From NCBI RefSeq assembly GCF_003991155.1, contig NZ_CP031293.1: DNA of 64,000 bases; one strand, given 5' to 3'. Below, piece after piece: positions 51,200 to 63,165 of the stretch (positions are counted from its first letter, which is position 1; the number at the start of each line of letters is the position of its first letter). The notes below the pieces were generated by a model that was given only the letters and a program-made list of their open reading frames with translations, was not told the DNA's origin and ran no database searches. The translations under genes and the position numbers were made by a program. This DNA is from Escherichia coli (GTDB lineage: Bacteria; Pseudomonadota; Gammaproteobacteria; Enterobacterales; Enterobacteriaceae).

Positions 51200-52150
51200 T
51201 TACTGCTGCTGTAAACGTGCTTCGATGGCATCCATTAACATTCCGGTAATCGACACCGGAAACTCTGCTTCAATCTCACGAATACAGGTTGGGCTGGTGA
51301 CGTTAATTTCAGTCAGACGGTCGCCGATGATATCCAGACCAACAAAAATCAGCCCTTTTTCTTTCAGCGTCGGCCCAATCTGACGGGCGATTTTCCAGTC
51401 ACTTTCCGTCAGCGGACGAGGTTCACCGCGACCACCGGCAGCCAGATTGCCACGGGTTTCGCCCCCCTGCGGAATACGCGCCAGGCAATACGGCACCGGC
51501 TCGCCATCCACTACCAGCACGCGTTTGTCGCCATCTTTAATGGCTGGCAGGTAATTTTGCGCCATGCAGTAGCGAGTGCCATGCTCAGTCAGGGTTTCGG
51601 CAATCACGCCGAGGTTTGGATCACCTTCTTTCACGCGGAAAATCGACGCGCCGCCCATACCGTCCAGCGGCTTAAGAATGATGTCGCTGTGTTTTTCCCA
51701 GAAAGCTTTTAGCTGCGCTTTATTGCGTGTGACCAGCGTTTCTGGTGTTAAGTCAGAGAACCAGGCAGTGAACAGTTTTTCGTTACAATCGCGCAGGCTC
51801 TGCGGCTTGTTAACGATCAGCGTCCCTTTATCTTCGGCACGTTCCAGAATATAGGTCGCGTAGATAAACTCGGTATCAAACGGCGGGTCTTTACGCATCA
51901 GGATCACATCGAGATCGGCCAGCGGCAGATCCTGCTCACCCGTGAACTCGTACCATTTATCGTAGTTCTGTTCGACGCTCAAAGTACGGGTACGAGCGCG
52001 AGCCTCACCATTGATCAAATAGAGATCGGCCATCTCCATATAGTGAAGTTCGTAACCACGACGCTGTGCTTCCAGCAACATAGCGAAACTGGAATCTTTC
52101 TTGATGTTGATGTTTGCGATGGGGTCCATCACGATGCCGAGCTTGATCAT
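51200..52150 (-). CDS. gshB: Glutathione synthetase
   Basis: 316-aa ORF MIKLGIVMDPIANINIKKDSSFAMLLEAQRRGYE...; ATP-grasp. Confidence 0.95.
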   Translation of the reverse strand: MIKLGIVMDPIANINIKKDSSFAMLLEAQRRGYELHYMEMADLYLINGEARARTRTLSVEQNYDKWYEFTGEQDLPLADLDVILMRKDPPFDTEFIYATYILERAEDKGTLIVNKPQSLRDCNEKLFTAWFSDLTPETLVTRNKAQLKAFWEKHSDIILKPLDGMGGASIFRVKEGDPNLGVIAETLTEHGTRYCMAQNYLPAIKDGDKRVLVVDGEPVPYCLARIPQGGETRGNLAAGGRGEPRPLTESDWKIARQIGPTLKEKGLIFVGLDIIGDRLTEINVTSPTCIREIEAEFPVSITGMLMDAIEARLQQQ

Positions 52151-52162
52151 TATTCTTCTCCG

Positions 52163-52894
52163 TTAGCCCAAATCGCCAAAACGCACTTGTAGCGCGGTAA
52201 TGGCGGTGAGCGCAGTTGTCTCAGTACGCAAAACGCGAGGTCCCAACAGGATATCAGTAAATTGATAGCGGGCAGTCATGGCAATTTCATCTGCCGATAA
52301 ACCGCCTTCCGGGCCAATCAGCAGGCGGACGCGTTCGACCGGTAACGGCAACGTATTGATGCTGTTACTGGCGCGCGGGTGAAGATTCAGTTTCAGTCCT
52401 TCATCCTGCTCTGCACACCAGGCTTCCAGATCCATCGCTGGACGGATTTCCGGCACCCGGTTACGGCCACACTGCTCACAGGCAGCAATTGCAATCTTCT
52501 GCCACTGCTGGAGCTTCTTGTTCAGACGTTCACTATCCAGTTTAACGCCGCAGCGCTCAGAAAAAAGTGGCGTAATGAGGCTTACACCGAGTTCGATCGA
52601 TTTCTGGATAGTAAATTCCATTTTTTCACCACGCGACATCACCTGACCGAGGTGAATATGCAGCGGAGATTCGCGATCGTCGATCTGGCCTTCCAGCACC
52701 TTCACTTCCACGCTTTTTTTGCTGGCGCTGGTAATTTCGGCGTCAAAGACCTGGTTGCTGCCGTCAAACAATTGCAGCGCCTGTCCCGGCCCCATACGCA
52801 GTACGCGCCCGATATGGTTGGCGGCATCTTCGCAAAGCGCGATGTGAGAATGGCTGGTCAGTGGTTCAGGATGATAAATGCGGGGGATACGCAT
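52163..52894 (-). CDS. rsmE: 16S rRNA (uracil1498-N3)-methyltransferase RsmE
   Basis: 243 aa from [12 protein letters not shown]... Confidence 0.9.
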
Positions 52895-52973
52895 AGTTAA
52901 AAATCCGCGTCGTCTCCCCACGCGGTTGTACGCGTGGGGTAGGGGTTAACAAAAAGAATCCCGCTAGTGTAGG

Positions 52974-53681
52974 TTAGCTCTTTCGCGCCTGGCAAGCGCG
53001 TTGCACATACGGGTTATGATTGCCCTGCACCTTCGCGATGCGTTCATCACGCTCGCACTCCCAGTCGGTAACTGGATACATCTTGTCCCATGCGTTGAAC
53101 AGCTGCGTTTGCTGACGAGAGAGTGTCAGGTTGTATTGGTCACGCATATAGAAGTAGGTGCGCGCAATGGCACCGCGTGCACGCGCTGGTGGCTCGGCAA
53201 CTTTTTCTTTGAAATCGACCTTCATGGCGCATTGACCGTACTGGCCTTCACCGCCATTCCACTGGCTGTACATAAAGTTGCCGCGATCGCCATTCACCTC
53301 ACCGACTGACGGCTGCAGGTTATGCATATCGCTTTCCATCTTGCGATAGACCGGATCTTTGGCGCAATTTTTACGTCCACCGTCCTGCCAGCACTGGCGC
53401 TGGTGACCGAATTGCCAGGCAGGAACGACGTGTTCCCACTCTACGCGGCTGGCACGGTTTTCATTTTTTCGCACCTGATAGCCGCACGATTGCAGATCAA
53501 CAACGCCTTTTTTGCCCTGCCAGTTAATTTTACATCCGCAATAAAACGTACCGGGCGCGTCAGCGTGGACTTTTACCGCCGCGGCTTTCGCTTGAGAAAA
53601 ACTATTGATACCTTCGGCCAATGCCGGGCCGGAAAATGCTGCGCTCAGTACCACCGCAGCAATAGACAAATAACGGTACAT
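52974..53681 (-). CDS. endA: Periplasmic endonuclease I
   Basis: 235 aa from [22 protein letters not shown] (signal peptide). Confidence 0.92.
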   Translation of the reverse strand: MYRYLSIAAVVLSAAFSGPALAEGINSFSQAKAAAVKVHADAPGTFYCGCKINWQGKKGVVDLQSCGYQVRKNENRASRVEWEHVVPAWQFGHQRQCWQDGGRKNCAKDPVYRKMESDMHNLQPSVGEVNGDRGNFMYSQWNGGEGQYGQCAMKVDFKEKVAEPPARARGAIARTYFYMRDQYNLTLSRQQTQLFNAWDKMYPVTDWECERDERIAKVQGNHNPYVQRACQARKS

Positions 53682-53775
53682 CACTTACTCCGTGTTAAAA
53701 CGAGCCAGCAACGTAGCGAAAGTTGTTTTGGTATGCAATCAGCCAGATCAGGAAAGTTCCTGATAGTTCAGGTGG

Positions 53776-54273
53776 TTATTTCGCAACCAGCTGTTCGCCG
53801 CAGTGAACACAGCGATAGACGGCTTCGCCACGAACTACGCGATTATGACGGCGTACGGTAAGCTGATGCTCCTGGCACTTGCAGCGGTAGGGGAAGGTGT
53901 TGCGGCGCACGGATTGCAGTTCGAACTGATGCGTACGGCGGGCGGGAACGCCCAGCACGCTTTCCATCATCCACTTCCACTCTTTGCCATGTGGCGCTAC
54001 GCGGCCGAAATGTTTCCATACCAGCAAATGTGCCAGTTCGTGCGGCACCACTTCTTCAATAAAGGCTTCACTGTTTTCCAACAGCAAAACGGGATTGAGA
54101 CGAATTTCATAGCTTTCCAGCCAGGCTGTTCCGGCAGAGGTTCCGCGCTGGGTGTAAGAGAGTTTTGGCTCCGGGTAGTTACGCCCTAGCTTCAGGTTGG
54201 CCTGGGCGAGTTTTTCCCGCAGGCGACGCATAACGGCCTGTTGGATGGCGATAGGGAGACGGGATGTTTTCAT
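53776..54273 (-). CDS. sprT: SprT (YggI) zinc-metalloprotease-like protein
   Basis: 165 aa from [23 protein letters not shown]...; HExxH (HELAH) and C-terminal zinc-ribbon cysteines. Confidence 0.9.
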   Translation of the reverse strand: MKTSRLPIAIQQAVMRRLREKLAQANLKLGRNYPEPKLSYTQRGTSAGTAWLESYEIRLNPVLLLENSEAFIEEVVPHELAHLLVWKHFGRVAPHGKEWKWMMESVLGVPARRTHQFELQSVRRNTFPYRCKCQEHQLTVRRHNRVVRGEAVYRCVHCGEQLVAK

Positions 54274-54315
54274 AGCGGCAGAGGATAGAGCGAAGAAAAG
54301 ATGACTGCAAGAGGT

Positions 54316-54341
54316 GGCTTCCTCCATGATGGGAGGAAGCC
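54316..54341 (-). terminator. Hairpin between galP and sprT (probable galP terminator)
   Basis: GGCTTCCTCC-catgat-GGGAGGAAGCC inverted repeat; T-rich tract on the minus strand. Confidence 0.5.
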
Positions 54342-54349
54342 TGAGGAGA

Positions 54350-55744
54350 TTAATCGTGAGCGCCGATTTCGCGCAGTTTACGACCTTTCATCAGATTACG
54401 TTCAATATGTTCCAGCGAAACGTGTTTGGTTTCCGGTACCAGCCACAATGTCAGCAGGATAAACAGTACGTTCAGAGCAGCATACACCCAGAAGGTGTTG
54501 GCGTTACCCAGCGTGTTGAGCATGGTCAGGAACGTTGCGCCAACGATCATGTTGGCAATCCAGTTGGTGGCAGTGGAGCAGGTGATGCCAAAATCGCGGC
54601 CTTTCAGCGGCTGAATTTCGGAGCACAGTACCCAAATCAGCGGACCGGCACTCATGGCAAAACCGACAATAAACATCAGCAGCATGGCGATGGCGAAATA
54701 CTGCGCCGACGAAGAGTGGATACCGATATGCATCATTGTACCGAGTACGCCCATACCAGCAGCCATCACCAGGAAGCCCAGCGTTAGCGTTGGTTTACGT
54801 CCCCAGCGGTCAACAAGGCCGATTGCGATAAAGGTGGCAAGTACGTTGGTCAGGCCGACAATCACTGTCCCCCACATTTGCTCGGTGGTGTTGGTATAAC
54901 CCGCCAGTTCGAAGATTTTCGGCGCGTAATACATGATGACGTTCATCCCGGTGAATTGCTGCATTACCTGCAATAGTACGCCAAGGAACACCGCGCGGCG
55001 GAAGTTGCTGTTCTCTTTAAACAGCGCCCAGCCACTCTGTTTAACCTGCAAACTTTCACGGATTTCATCCAGTTCGCGTTTCGCTTCCGCGCTGGTGTCA
55101 CGCAGGCGTAGCAGCACGCGTTCGGCATCAACAAAACGGCGTTTGGCGGCAAACCAACGTGGGCTGTCTGGCAGGAAGAAGACACCAATCAGCAGCAAAA
55201 TTGCCGGGATGATAATCACACCCAGCATCCAGCGCCATGCACCGGTGTAGCTGAAGGCGGTATCAGAAAGATAAGCGCCGAGGATCCCGATAGTGATCAT
55301 CAACTGATACATCGAGATCATACTGCCGCGAATTTTTTCCGGCGCAATTTCAGAGAGGTACAGCGGTGCGGTATAAGAGGCCACACCCACCGCCAGCCCC
55401 AGCAGAACGCGGGAAAGAATCAGTACTTCAACGTTTGGCGCAGCCGCAGAGAACAGTGAACCGGCAACAAACAGGATTGCGCCGATCATCAGGCTCTTTT
55501 TGCGCCCGAGTTTAAAGGAGAGCCAGCCGCTGCCCACCGCACCGACTGCCGCACCGAACATCATGGAGCTTACGACCCATTCTTGCGTGTGCGAAGTAAT
55601 CTGGAATTCATCTGCAATAAACGGCAGTGCGCCAGCAATTACACCGATATCCAGGCCAAAGAGTAATCCCGCCAGAGCGGCAAGGAAGCAGACGAAAAAC
55701 GTCATTGCCTTGTTTGACCGCCCCTGTTTTTTAGCGTCAGGCAT
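54350..55744 (-). CDS. galP: Galactose:H+ symporter GalP
   Basis: 464 aa from [42 protein letters not shown]...; sugar-porter MFS. Confidence 0.95.
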   Translation of the reverse strand: MPDAKKQGRSNKAMTFFVCFLAALAGLLFGLDIGVIAGALPFIADEFQITSHTQEWVVSSMMFGAAVGAVGSGWLSFKLGRKKSLMIGAILFVAGSLFSAAAPNVEVLILSRVLLGLAVGVASYTAPLYLSEIAPEKIRGSMISMYQLMITIGILGAYLSDTAFSYTGAWRWMLGVIIIPAILLLIGVFFLPDSPRWFAAKRRFVDAERVLLRLRDTSAEAKRELDEIRESLQVKQSGWALFKENSNFRRAVFLGVLLQVMQQFTGMNVIMYYAPKIFELAGYTNTTEQMWGTVIVGLTNVLATFIAIGLVDRWGRKPTLTLGFLVMAAGMGVLGTMMHIGIHSSSAQYFAIAMLLMFIVGFAMSAGPLIWVLCSEIQPLKGRDFGITCSTATNWIANMIVGATFLTMLNTLGNANTFWVYAALNVLFILLTLWLVPETKHVSLEHIERNLMKGRKLREIGAHD

Positions 55745-56134
55745 GATGCCCTCCAATATGGTTATTTTTTATTGTGAATTAAGATAGGTGAGTACGACGT
55801 AAAAAGATGTGAAGCAAATCACATCAGTGTAATCGCTTACACTAACATTTATCTTAGTTATGATTTAAGTGCATGAAAATAATTGAGTTATATCATCATA
55901 GATTAAAGGTTGTTATCTGCAATTAAGACTTTACTGAAAAGAAATGTAACAACTGTGAAGGCTGAATAATAATATGAAAATATTACAAATATTTGGCTGG
56001 CGTGGTTGGTGTAATCGGTTTCAGTAGTGATGATAATTTGCGGTAAAACGTGTTGAGGAAGAATGATGTTATTGTGCGGTCGGTTTTTTTGCCGGATGCG
56101 GCGTGAATGCCTGTCCACCGCGGTGAGGTAAAAG

Positions 56135-56158
56135 AAAAAGGCCAGCGCGAGGCTGGCC
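56135..56158 (-). terminator. metK intrinsic terminator
   Basis: Minus-strand GGCCAGCC-tcgc-GCTGGCC hairpin followed by TTTTT. Confidence 0.7.
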
Positions 56159-56180
56159 TTTGAAAGCAGGTGAAGAAAGA

Positions 56181-57335
56181 TTACTTCAGACCGGCAGCAT
56201 CACGCAGCAGCTGCGCTTTGTCGGTTTTTTCCCACGGGAAATGTTCACGACCAAAGTGACCGTATGCTGCGGTTTCTTTGTAGATCGGGTGCAGCAGATC
56301 CAGCATCTGAATCAGACCGTATGGGCGCAGGTCGAAGAATTCACGTACCAGCAGAGTCAGTTGTTCAGAAGGCACTTTCTCAGTACCGAAAGTTTCTACC
56401 ATGATGGAAGTCGGTTCAGCCACGCCGATTGCGTAGGAAACCTGAATTTCACAACGATCGGCCAGGCCAGCAGCAACAATGTTTTTCGCGACATAACGTG
56501 CTGCGTAGGCTGCGGAACGGTCCACTTTTGATGGATCTTTACCAGAGAATGCACCGCCACCGTGACGCGCCATGCCGCCGTAGGTATCAACGATGATTTT
56601 ACGACCAGTCAGACCGCAGTCACCCATCGGGCCACCGATAACGAAACGACCGGTCGGGTTGATGAAGAATTTGGTGGCAGAAGTCAGCCATTCAGCGGGC
56701 AGAATCGGCTTGATGATCTCTTCCATTACCGCTTCTTGCAGCGATTTCTGGTCGATCTCTTCAGAGTGCTGAGTGGAAAGCACGACAGCATCAATGCCAA
56801 CGATTTTGCCGTCGTCATACTGGAAAGTCACCTGGCTTTTCGCGTCCGGGCGCAGCCACGGCAGAGTGCCGTTTTTACGCACTTCAGCCTGACGCTGTAC
56901 CAGACGGTGTGCATAAGTGATAGGTGCTGGCATCAGCACGTCGGTTTCATTAGTTGCGTAGCCAAACATCAGACCCTGGTCACCTGCGCCCTGTTCCAGC
57001 GGATCGGCACGGTCAACGCCCTGGTTGATGTCAGGAGACTGTTTACCGATGGCGCTCAGAACCGCACAGGAGTTAGCGTCAAAGCCCATGTCGGAATGCA
57101 CATAGCCAATTTCGCGAACGGTATTACGGGTGATCTCTTCGATGTCTACCCAGGCGCTGGTGGTGATTTCGCCGCCAACTAAAACCATGCCGGTTTTTAC
57201 GTAGGTTTCGCAAGCAACGCGTGCTTTCGGATCCTGTTCGAGGATCGCGTCTAAAACGGCATCAGAGATTTGGTCAGCAATTTTGTCAGGATGCCCTTCA
57301 GAGACGGACTCGGACGTAAAAAGGTGTTTTGCCAT
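56181..57335 (-). CDS. metK: S-adenosylmethionine synthetase
   Basis: 384 aa from [30 protein letters not shown]... Confidence 0.97.
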
Positions 57336-57375
57336 ATTTAATATCACCTAAAGAGAATTTGGTTAGCTCAAACTG

Positions 57376-57642
57376 TTGTGTGGATTTTCTGTGGTAGCGG
57401 ATCCTACCACGACTCTGCAGGTTAAAAACACTGGCAGTCTGAGTGTTAATCGGTATGGATGGATTAACATCTGGATGGCTATTTTAGGTCAGTTCTTCAC
57501 CCAATTTCCACTTTTTTTTGAATCGTGTCTCATTCTGTTAAAAACGTGGCTGGAAATTTTTCCTGACAATGCTGGCATTCTGCGTATTTATCTTTTGCAA
57601 TTTTCTGCCATTGTGGGGTATAAAACGCGGCGCGCGGCTTAA
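57376..57642 (+). CDS. yqgD: Small ORF in the position of K-12 yqgD (uncertain)
   Basis: 88-aa ORF; assigned only by position, orientation and approximate length relative to the K-12 map. Confidence 0.3.
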   Translation: MCGFSVVADPTTTLQVKNTGSLSVNRYGWINIWMAILGQFFTQFPLFFESCLILLKTWLEIFPDNAGILRIYLLQFSAIVGYKTRRAA

Positions 57643-57854
57643 ATAAAAAGCACACGACGTTTCTTTCGTGTTGCCACTTCCAGCCGGGTTGAAAACAGAG
57701 TTTTGGCTTGTGGGTTCGTCTTAACAGGCGGCCGTGGAGGTGATACGAAATAATGAACCGTTGTCTGCTGCTTAACCTGTCTCACCGTTCTGGTGAAGAT
57801 TCGTTCCCCGCACTCTGCATCTCTGCTTTGCATACCTGCCGATGTTATACCCAT
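57639..57854 (-). CDS. yqgC: Small ORF in the position of K-12 yqgC (uncertain)
   Basis: 71-aa ORF; assigned by position, orientation and length only. Confidence 0.3.
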   Translation of the reverse strand: MGITSAGMQSRDAECGERIFTRTVRQVKQQTTVHYFVSPPRPPVKTNPQAKTLFSTRLEVATRKKRRVLFI

Positions 57855-57989
57855 CTCGGCGCTTCTCAGGATTCAAGAGCTGGTTACAGCTACTGAGGAC
57901 TGAACAAGGGCGCTCTTGTAAAAACAAGAGTTTTCTCGTGGTTTCGCCGAACTGTCACACTTACGTTCGGTTATGTGCTTAATAATGTT

Positions 57990-58121
57990 ATGAAAAAGAA
58001 ACCGGTTGCGCAGTTGGAGCGTCAGCATTCACTGCTGGAAAATCCATGTGCTTATGGGTTGTTATCGCAGTTCCAGGCTGCGATAGTCGTTAACTGTTTT
58101 ACACTTAATAAAATAATTTGA
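57990..58121 (+). CDS. yqgB: YqgB small protein (43 aa)
   Basis: [43 protein letters not shown]; immediately upstream of speA. Confidence 0.7.
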
Positions 58122-58129
58122 GGTTCGCT

Positions 58130-60106
58130 ATGTCTGACGACATGTCTATGGGTTTGCCTTCGTCAGCGGGCGAACACGGTGTACTACGCTCCATGCAGGA
58201 GGTTGCAATGAGCTCCCAGGAAGCCAGCAAGATGCTGCGTACTTACAATATTGCCTGGTGGGGCAATAACTACTATGACGTTAACGAGCTGGGCCACATC
58301 AGCGTGTGCCCGGACCCGGACGTCCCGGAAGCTCGCGTCGATCTCGCGCAGTTAGTGAAAACTCGCGAAGCACAGGGTCAGCGTCTGCCTGCACTGTTCT
58401 GTTTCCCACAGATCCTGCAGCACCGTTTGCGTTCCATTAACGCCGCGTTCAAACGAGCGCGGGAATCCTACGGCTATAACGGCGATTACTTCCTCGTTTA
58501 TCCGATCAAAGTTAACCAGCACCGCCGCGTGATTGAGTCCCTGATTCATTCGGGCGAACCGCTGGGCCTGGAAGCCGGTTCCAAAGCCGAGTTGATGGCG
58601 GTGCTGGCACATGCTGGCATGACCCGTAGCGTCATCGTCTGCAACGGTTATAAGGACCGCGAATATATCCGCCTGGCATTAATTGGCGAGAAGATGGGCC
58701 ACAAGGTCTATCTGGTCATTGAGAAGATGTCAGAAATTGCCATTGTGCTGGATGAAGCAGAACGTCTGAATGTCGTTCCTCGTCTGGGCGTGCGTGCACG
58801 TCTGGCGTCGCAAGGCTCGGGTAAATGGCAGTCCTCCGGCGGGGAAAAATCGAAGTTTGGCCTGGCGGCGACTCAAGTACTGCAACTGGTTGAAACGCTG
58901 CGTGAAGCCGGGCGTCTCGACAGCCTGCAACTGCTGCACTTCCACCTCGGTTCGCAGATGGCGAATATTCGCGATATCGCGACAGGCGTTCGTGAATCCG
59001 CGCGTTTCTATGTGGAACTGCACAAGCTGGGCGTCAATATTCAGTGCTTCGACGTCGGCGGCGGTCTGGGCGTGGACTATGAAGGCACCCGTTCTCAGTC
59101 TGACTGCTCCGTAAACTACGGCCTCAATGAATACGCCAACAACATCATCTGGGCGATTGGTGATGCGTGTGAAGAAAATGGTCTGCCACATCCGACGGTA
59201 ATCACCGAATCGGGTCGTGCGGTGACTGCGCATCACACCGTGCTGGTGTCGAATATCATCGGCGTGGAACGTAACGAATACACGGTGCCGACCGCGCCTG
59301 CAGAAGATGCACCGCGCGCCCTGCAAAGCATGTGGGAAACCTGGCAGGAAATGCACGAACCGGGAACTCGCCGTTCTCTGCGTGAATGGTTACACGACAG
59401 CCAGATGGATCTGCACGACATTCATATCGGCTACTCTTCCGGCACCTTTAGCCTGCAAGAACGCGCATGGGCTGAGCAGCTTTATTTGAGCATGTGCCAT
59501 GAAGTGCAAAAGCAGCTGGATCCGCAAAACCGTGCTCATCGTCCGATTATCGACGAGCTGCAGGAACGTATGGCGGACAAAATGTACGTCAACTTCTCGC
59601 TGTTCCAGTCGATGCCGGATGCGTGGGGGATCGACCAGTTGTTCCCGGTTCTGCCGCTGGAAGGGCTGGATCAAGTGCCGGAACGCCGCGCTGTGCTGCT
59701 GGATATTACCTGTGACTCAGACGGTGCTATCGACCACTATATTGATGGTGACGGTATTGCCACGACAATGCCTATGCCGGAGTACGATCCGGAGAATCCG
59801 CCGATGCTCGGTTTCTTTATGGTCGGCGCATATCAGGAGATCCTCGGCAACATGCACAACCTGTTCGGTGATACCGAAGCGGTTGACGTGTTCGTCTTCC
59901 CTGATGGTAGCGTAGAGGTAGAACTGTCTGACGAAGGCGATACCGTGGCGGACATGCTGCAATATGTGCAGCTCGATCCGAAAACGCTGTTAACCCAGTT
60001 CCGCGATCAGGTGAAGAAAACCGATCTTGATGCTGAACTGCAACAACAGTTCCTTGAAGAGTTCGAGGCAGGTTTGTACGGTTATACCTATCTTGAAGAT
60101 GAATAA
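58130..60106 (+). CDS. speA: Biosynthetic arginine decarboxylase
   Basis: 658 aa from [49 protein letters not shown]...; ORF track start at 58118 is an upstream TTG. Confidence 0.97.
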
Positions 60107-60120
60107 TTAAGATTATTCCG

Positions 60121-60165
60121 CTGGCGGGGCGATTTATTTACGTAAATCGGCCCGCTTTTTTTTTA
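60121..60165 (+). terminator. Intrinsic terminator after speA
   Basis: GCGGGGCGATTTA..TAAATCGGCCCGC hairpin followed by T9. Confidence 0.75.
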
Positions 60166-60251
60166 TATATTCTTAAAAATAATTTAGCTGCTTTTCTTAT
60201 TAAATAATCTCCCTACAATCGCTGCATTAATTAAATGCAGAGGGAACGGTT

Positions 60252-60983
60252 ATGAAAAAATGGAAAGTACGTAACGCGTTGATAGCATTAGCCGTGCTGC
60301 TGGCCGGTTGTTCCAGTAATGCGCAGTATAATAGCAGTGCATCGGGTAATGTCGGCACCGCCTGGGGTGGGGATGTGCACTCAACGGTTCAGGGCGTATC
60401 TGCTGAACGAGCCTGGCGCGATCCGGCAGAGATGATCGTTATTAGTTATTCGACTAATGTTCCTTCCGGCTACGACCGCGTTTATAGCATTCGTATTAAC
60501 GAACTGGAATATGCTATTCGCGATGGTAATTTTAAATCTCTACCAATTACGCGGGTTTATGATTCATCCAATAATGAACCACGCTATATTGTCCATGCCA
60601 GAGTCGGAATGAATTATCAATTATATGTCCGTAATTACAGTCGTAACACCAACTACGAGATCGTTGCTACGGTTGATGGCCTGGATGTGCTGAACGGCAA
60701 GCAAGGTTCGCTGAATAACAACGGTTATATTGTGAATGCCGGAGATTCGTTAGCGATTAAAGGATTCCGCAAAGATAAACATACCGAAGCGGCTTTTCAG
60801 TTCGCCAACGTTGCTGATTCCTACGCAGCCAATTCGGCGCAAGGCGATGTGCGTAATACCGGTGTAATCGGCTTTGCCGCCTTTGAATTACAAGGCCCGG
60901 CGAAAAACGCGCTGCCGCCGTGCTCTGGACAAGCCTTTCCGGCAGATAACAATGGCTATGCGCCGCCACCGTGTCGGAAATAG
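60252..60983 (+). CDS. Predicted lipoprotein of unknown function (243 aa) between speA and speB
   Basis: Signal peptide with lipobox LLAGC; RBS AGGGAA; own upstream AT-rich region and downstream terminator. Confidence 0.7.
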   Translation: MKKWKVRNALIALAVLLAGCSSNAQYNSSASGNVGTAWGGDVHSTVQGVSAERAWRDPAEMIVISYSTNVPSGYDRVYSIRINELEYAIRDGNFKSLPITRVYDSSNNEPRYIVHARVGMNYQLYVRNYSRNTNYEIVATVDGLDVLNGKQGSLNNNGYIVNAGDSLAIKGFRKDKHTEAAFQFANVADSYAANSAQGDVRNTGVIGFAAFELQGPAKNALPPCSGQAFPADNNGYAPPPCRK

Positions 60984-61050
60984 CAACCTCGCTTGATGCC
61001 TCGCCCATTTAAGGCGATAATTAGCACAAACTTGTGTTTCGCAAATCCAA

Positions 61051-61091
61051 CCCTTCCTCGTCGGGCCTAACGACGCGGAAGGGTTTTTTTA
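61051..61091 (+). terminator. Intrinsic terminator after the lipoprotein gene
   Basis: CCCTTCC..GGAAGGG stem followed by T7. Confidence 0.7.
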
Positions 61092-61118
61092 TATCGACTT
61101 TGTAATAGGAGTCCATCC

Positions 61119-62039
61119 ATGAGCACCTTAGGTCATCAATACGATAACTCACTGGTTTCCAACGCCTTTGGTTTTTTACGCCTGCCGATGAACTTCCAGC
61201 CGTATGACAGCGATGCTGACTGGGTGATTACTGGCGTGCCGTTCGATATGGCCACTTCTGGCCGTGCGGGGGGGCGCCACGGTCCGGCAGCGATCCGTCA
61301 GGTTTCGACGAATCTGGCCTGGGAACACAATCGCTTCCCGTGGAATTTCGACATGCGTGAGCGCCTGAACGTCGTGGACTGCGGCGATCTGGTATATGCC
61401 TTCGGAGATGCCCGTGAGATGAGCGAGAAGCTGCAGGCGCACGCCGAGAAGCTGCTGGCTGCCGGTAAGCGTATGCTCTCCTTCGGTGGTGACCACTTTG
61501 TGACGCTGCCACTGCTGCGCGCTCATGCGAAGCATTTCGGCAAAATGGCGTTGGTACACTTTGATGCCCACACCGATACCTATGCGAACGGTTGTGAATT
61601 TGACCACGGCACCATGTTCTATACCGCGCCGAAAGAAGGTCTGATCGACCCGAATCATTCTGTGCAGATTGGTATTCGTACCGAGTTTGATAAAGACAAC
61701 GGCTTTACCGTGCTGGACGCCTGCCAGGTGAACGATCGCAGCGTGGATGACATTATCGCCCAGGTGAAACAGATTGTGGGTGATATGCCGGTTTACCTGA
61801 CCTTTGATATCGACTGCCTGGATCCTGCTTTTGCACCAGGCACCGGTACGCCGGTAATTGGCGGCCTGACCTCCGATCGCGCCATTAAACTGGTACGCGG
61901 CTTGAAAGATCTCAACATCGTTGGGATGGACGTAGTGGAGGTGGCTCCGGCATACGATCAGTCGGAAATCACCGCTCTGGCTGCGGCGACGCTGGCGCTG
62001 GAGATGCTGTATATCCAGGCGGCGAAAAAGGGCGAGTAA
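61119..62039 (+). CDS. speB: Agmatinase
   Basis: 306-aa [46 protein letters not shown]...; arginase-family metal-binding motifs. Confidence 0.97.
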   Translation: MSTLGHQYDNSLVSNAFGFLRLPMNFQPYDSDADWVITGVPFDMATSGRAGGRHGPAAIRQVSTNLAWEHNRFPWNFDMRERLNVVDCGDLVYAFGDAREMSEKLQAHAEKLLAAGKRMLSFGGDHFVTLPLLRAHAKHFGKMALVHFDAHTDTYANGCEFDHGTMFYTAPKEGLIDPNHSVQIGIRTEFDKDNGFTVLDACQVNDRSVDDIIAQVKQIVGDMPVYLTFDIDCLDPAFAPGTGTPVIGGLTSDRAIKLVRGLKDLNIVGMDVVEVAPAYDQSEITALAAATLALEMLYIQAAKKGE

Positions 62040-62074
62040 GCGCCAGATAAGAGGCGCGCGGGTGATGTGCCATT

Positions 62075-62113
<39 letters not shown>

Positions 62114-62129
62114 TCGGCACTACCTGGCT

Positions 62130-62888
62130 TTACTTAACTCCATCCGCGCTCATACGATCGCGAATATGCTGGGCGCGTTCGGCGGATGCAGGATGGTCGT
62201 CAAACATTGAGCTTTGGCGGCCTTCTTCTAGTTTCGCCAGTTTTTCAAAGCTGGTGGCAAGACCTGCCGGGCTGATACCGCGTTGGCGCAGCAAATCGTA
62301 GGAGTAATCATCGGCCTCTGATTCCTGACGTTGGGTAAATTGCGAATTGACTAGCTTTTCGCCCAGGTCTCCCAGTTGTGATTGTGACAAACTGCCGACA
62401 ATTCCGCCTGCAGAGGCCGCCGCAACGCGAATTGCGTTTGTACCAAGTGCTACCTGCATTCCTTTCTTCACATGGCCTAATGCCACGTGCCCCATTTCGT
62501 GACCGAGCACCGCTTCGACTTCGTTATCCGTCATCATATCCATCAGCCCGCTATAGACGCGGATACAGCCGTTAGCCATTGCAAAGGCGTTCACATTCTT
62601 CGCCATATACACTTTGTAATTCACCGGCTGACCGTTGATGTTATCGCCTAACGCGCGAGAAATTGTCGTCAGACGTCTAGCATATTCGCTATTGGCTGGC
62701 GCAATCGTCGCTTTGCTGTCCATCTCCTGGCATGCCTGATCGCTCAGTTTTTTCACCTGCGCATCACTCAAACTGTAAGCCTGAAAAGCTTCCGCTCCTG
62801 ATGAGAGCAGTCCACTGGAGTCCATATTCTGGCAACCGGTCAGCACCGTAGCCACGCTCATTGCTACCAATAAGGCGCGAATTTTCAT
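62130..62888 (-). CDS. loiP: Outer-membrane metalloprotease LoiP (YggG), M48 family
   Basis: 252 aa from MKIRALLVAMSVATVLTGC (lipobox); HEMGH zinc motif. Confidence 0.92.
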   Translation of the reverse strand: MKIRALLVAMSVATVLTGCQNMDSSGLLSSGAEAFQAYSLSDAQVKKLSDQACQEMDSKATIAPANSEYARRLTTISRALGDNINGQPVNYKVYMAKNVNAFAMANGCIRVYSGLMDMMTDNEVEAVLGHEMGHVALGHVKKGMQVALGTNAIRVAAASAGGIVGSLSQSQLGDLGEKLVNSQFTQRQESEADDYSYDLLRQRGISPAGLATSFEKLAKLEEGRQSSMFDDHPASAERAQHIRDRMSADGVK

Positions 62889-63165
62889 GTTTTCTCTTCC
62901 GCACAAGGTCAGGATTATTCTAAAAATGCGCCGTTTGCAGGTGAATCGACGCTCAGTCTCAGTATAAGGAAAAGCGCAGCGGACGGGCGAGTGGATTGCG
63001 CAACATGCGAGCATGATCCAGAGATTTCTGAAGCGGCAAAAGGATGTTCCATGTACATGACGAGCGGCTTGCGGTAAATTGTTGGCAAATTTTCCGGCGT
63101 AGCCCAAAACGCGCTGTCGTCAAGTCGTTAAGGGCGTGCCCTTCATCATCCGATCTGGAGTCAAA

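Noticed and set aside
56562-57182. 206-aa plus-strand ORF
   Set aside because: Antisense to metK.
57753-57896. 47-codon plus-strand ORF ([21 protein letters not shown]...)
   Set aside because: Overlaps the yqgC-position ORF on the opposite strand; no RBS or conservation evidence; could equally be leader sequence.
57348-57990. Possible SAM riboswitch upstream of metK
   Set aside because: No S-box-like structure seen; E. coli metK is controlled by MetJ rather than a riboswitch.
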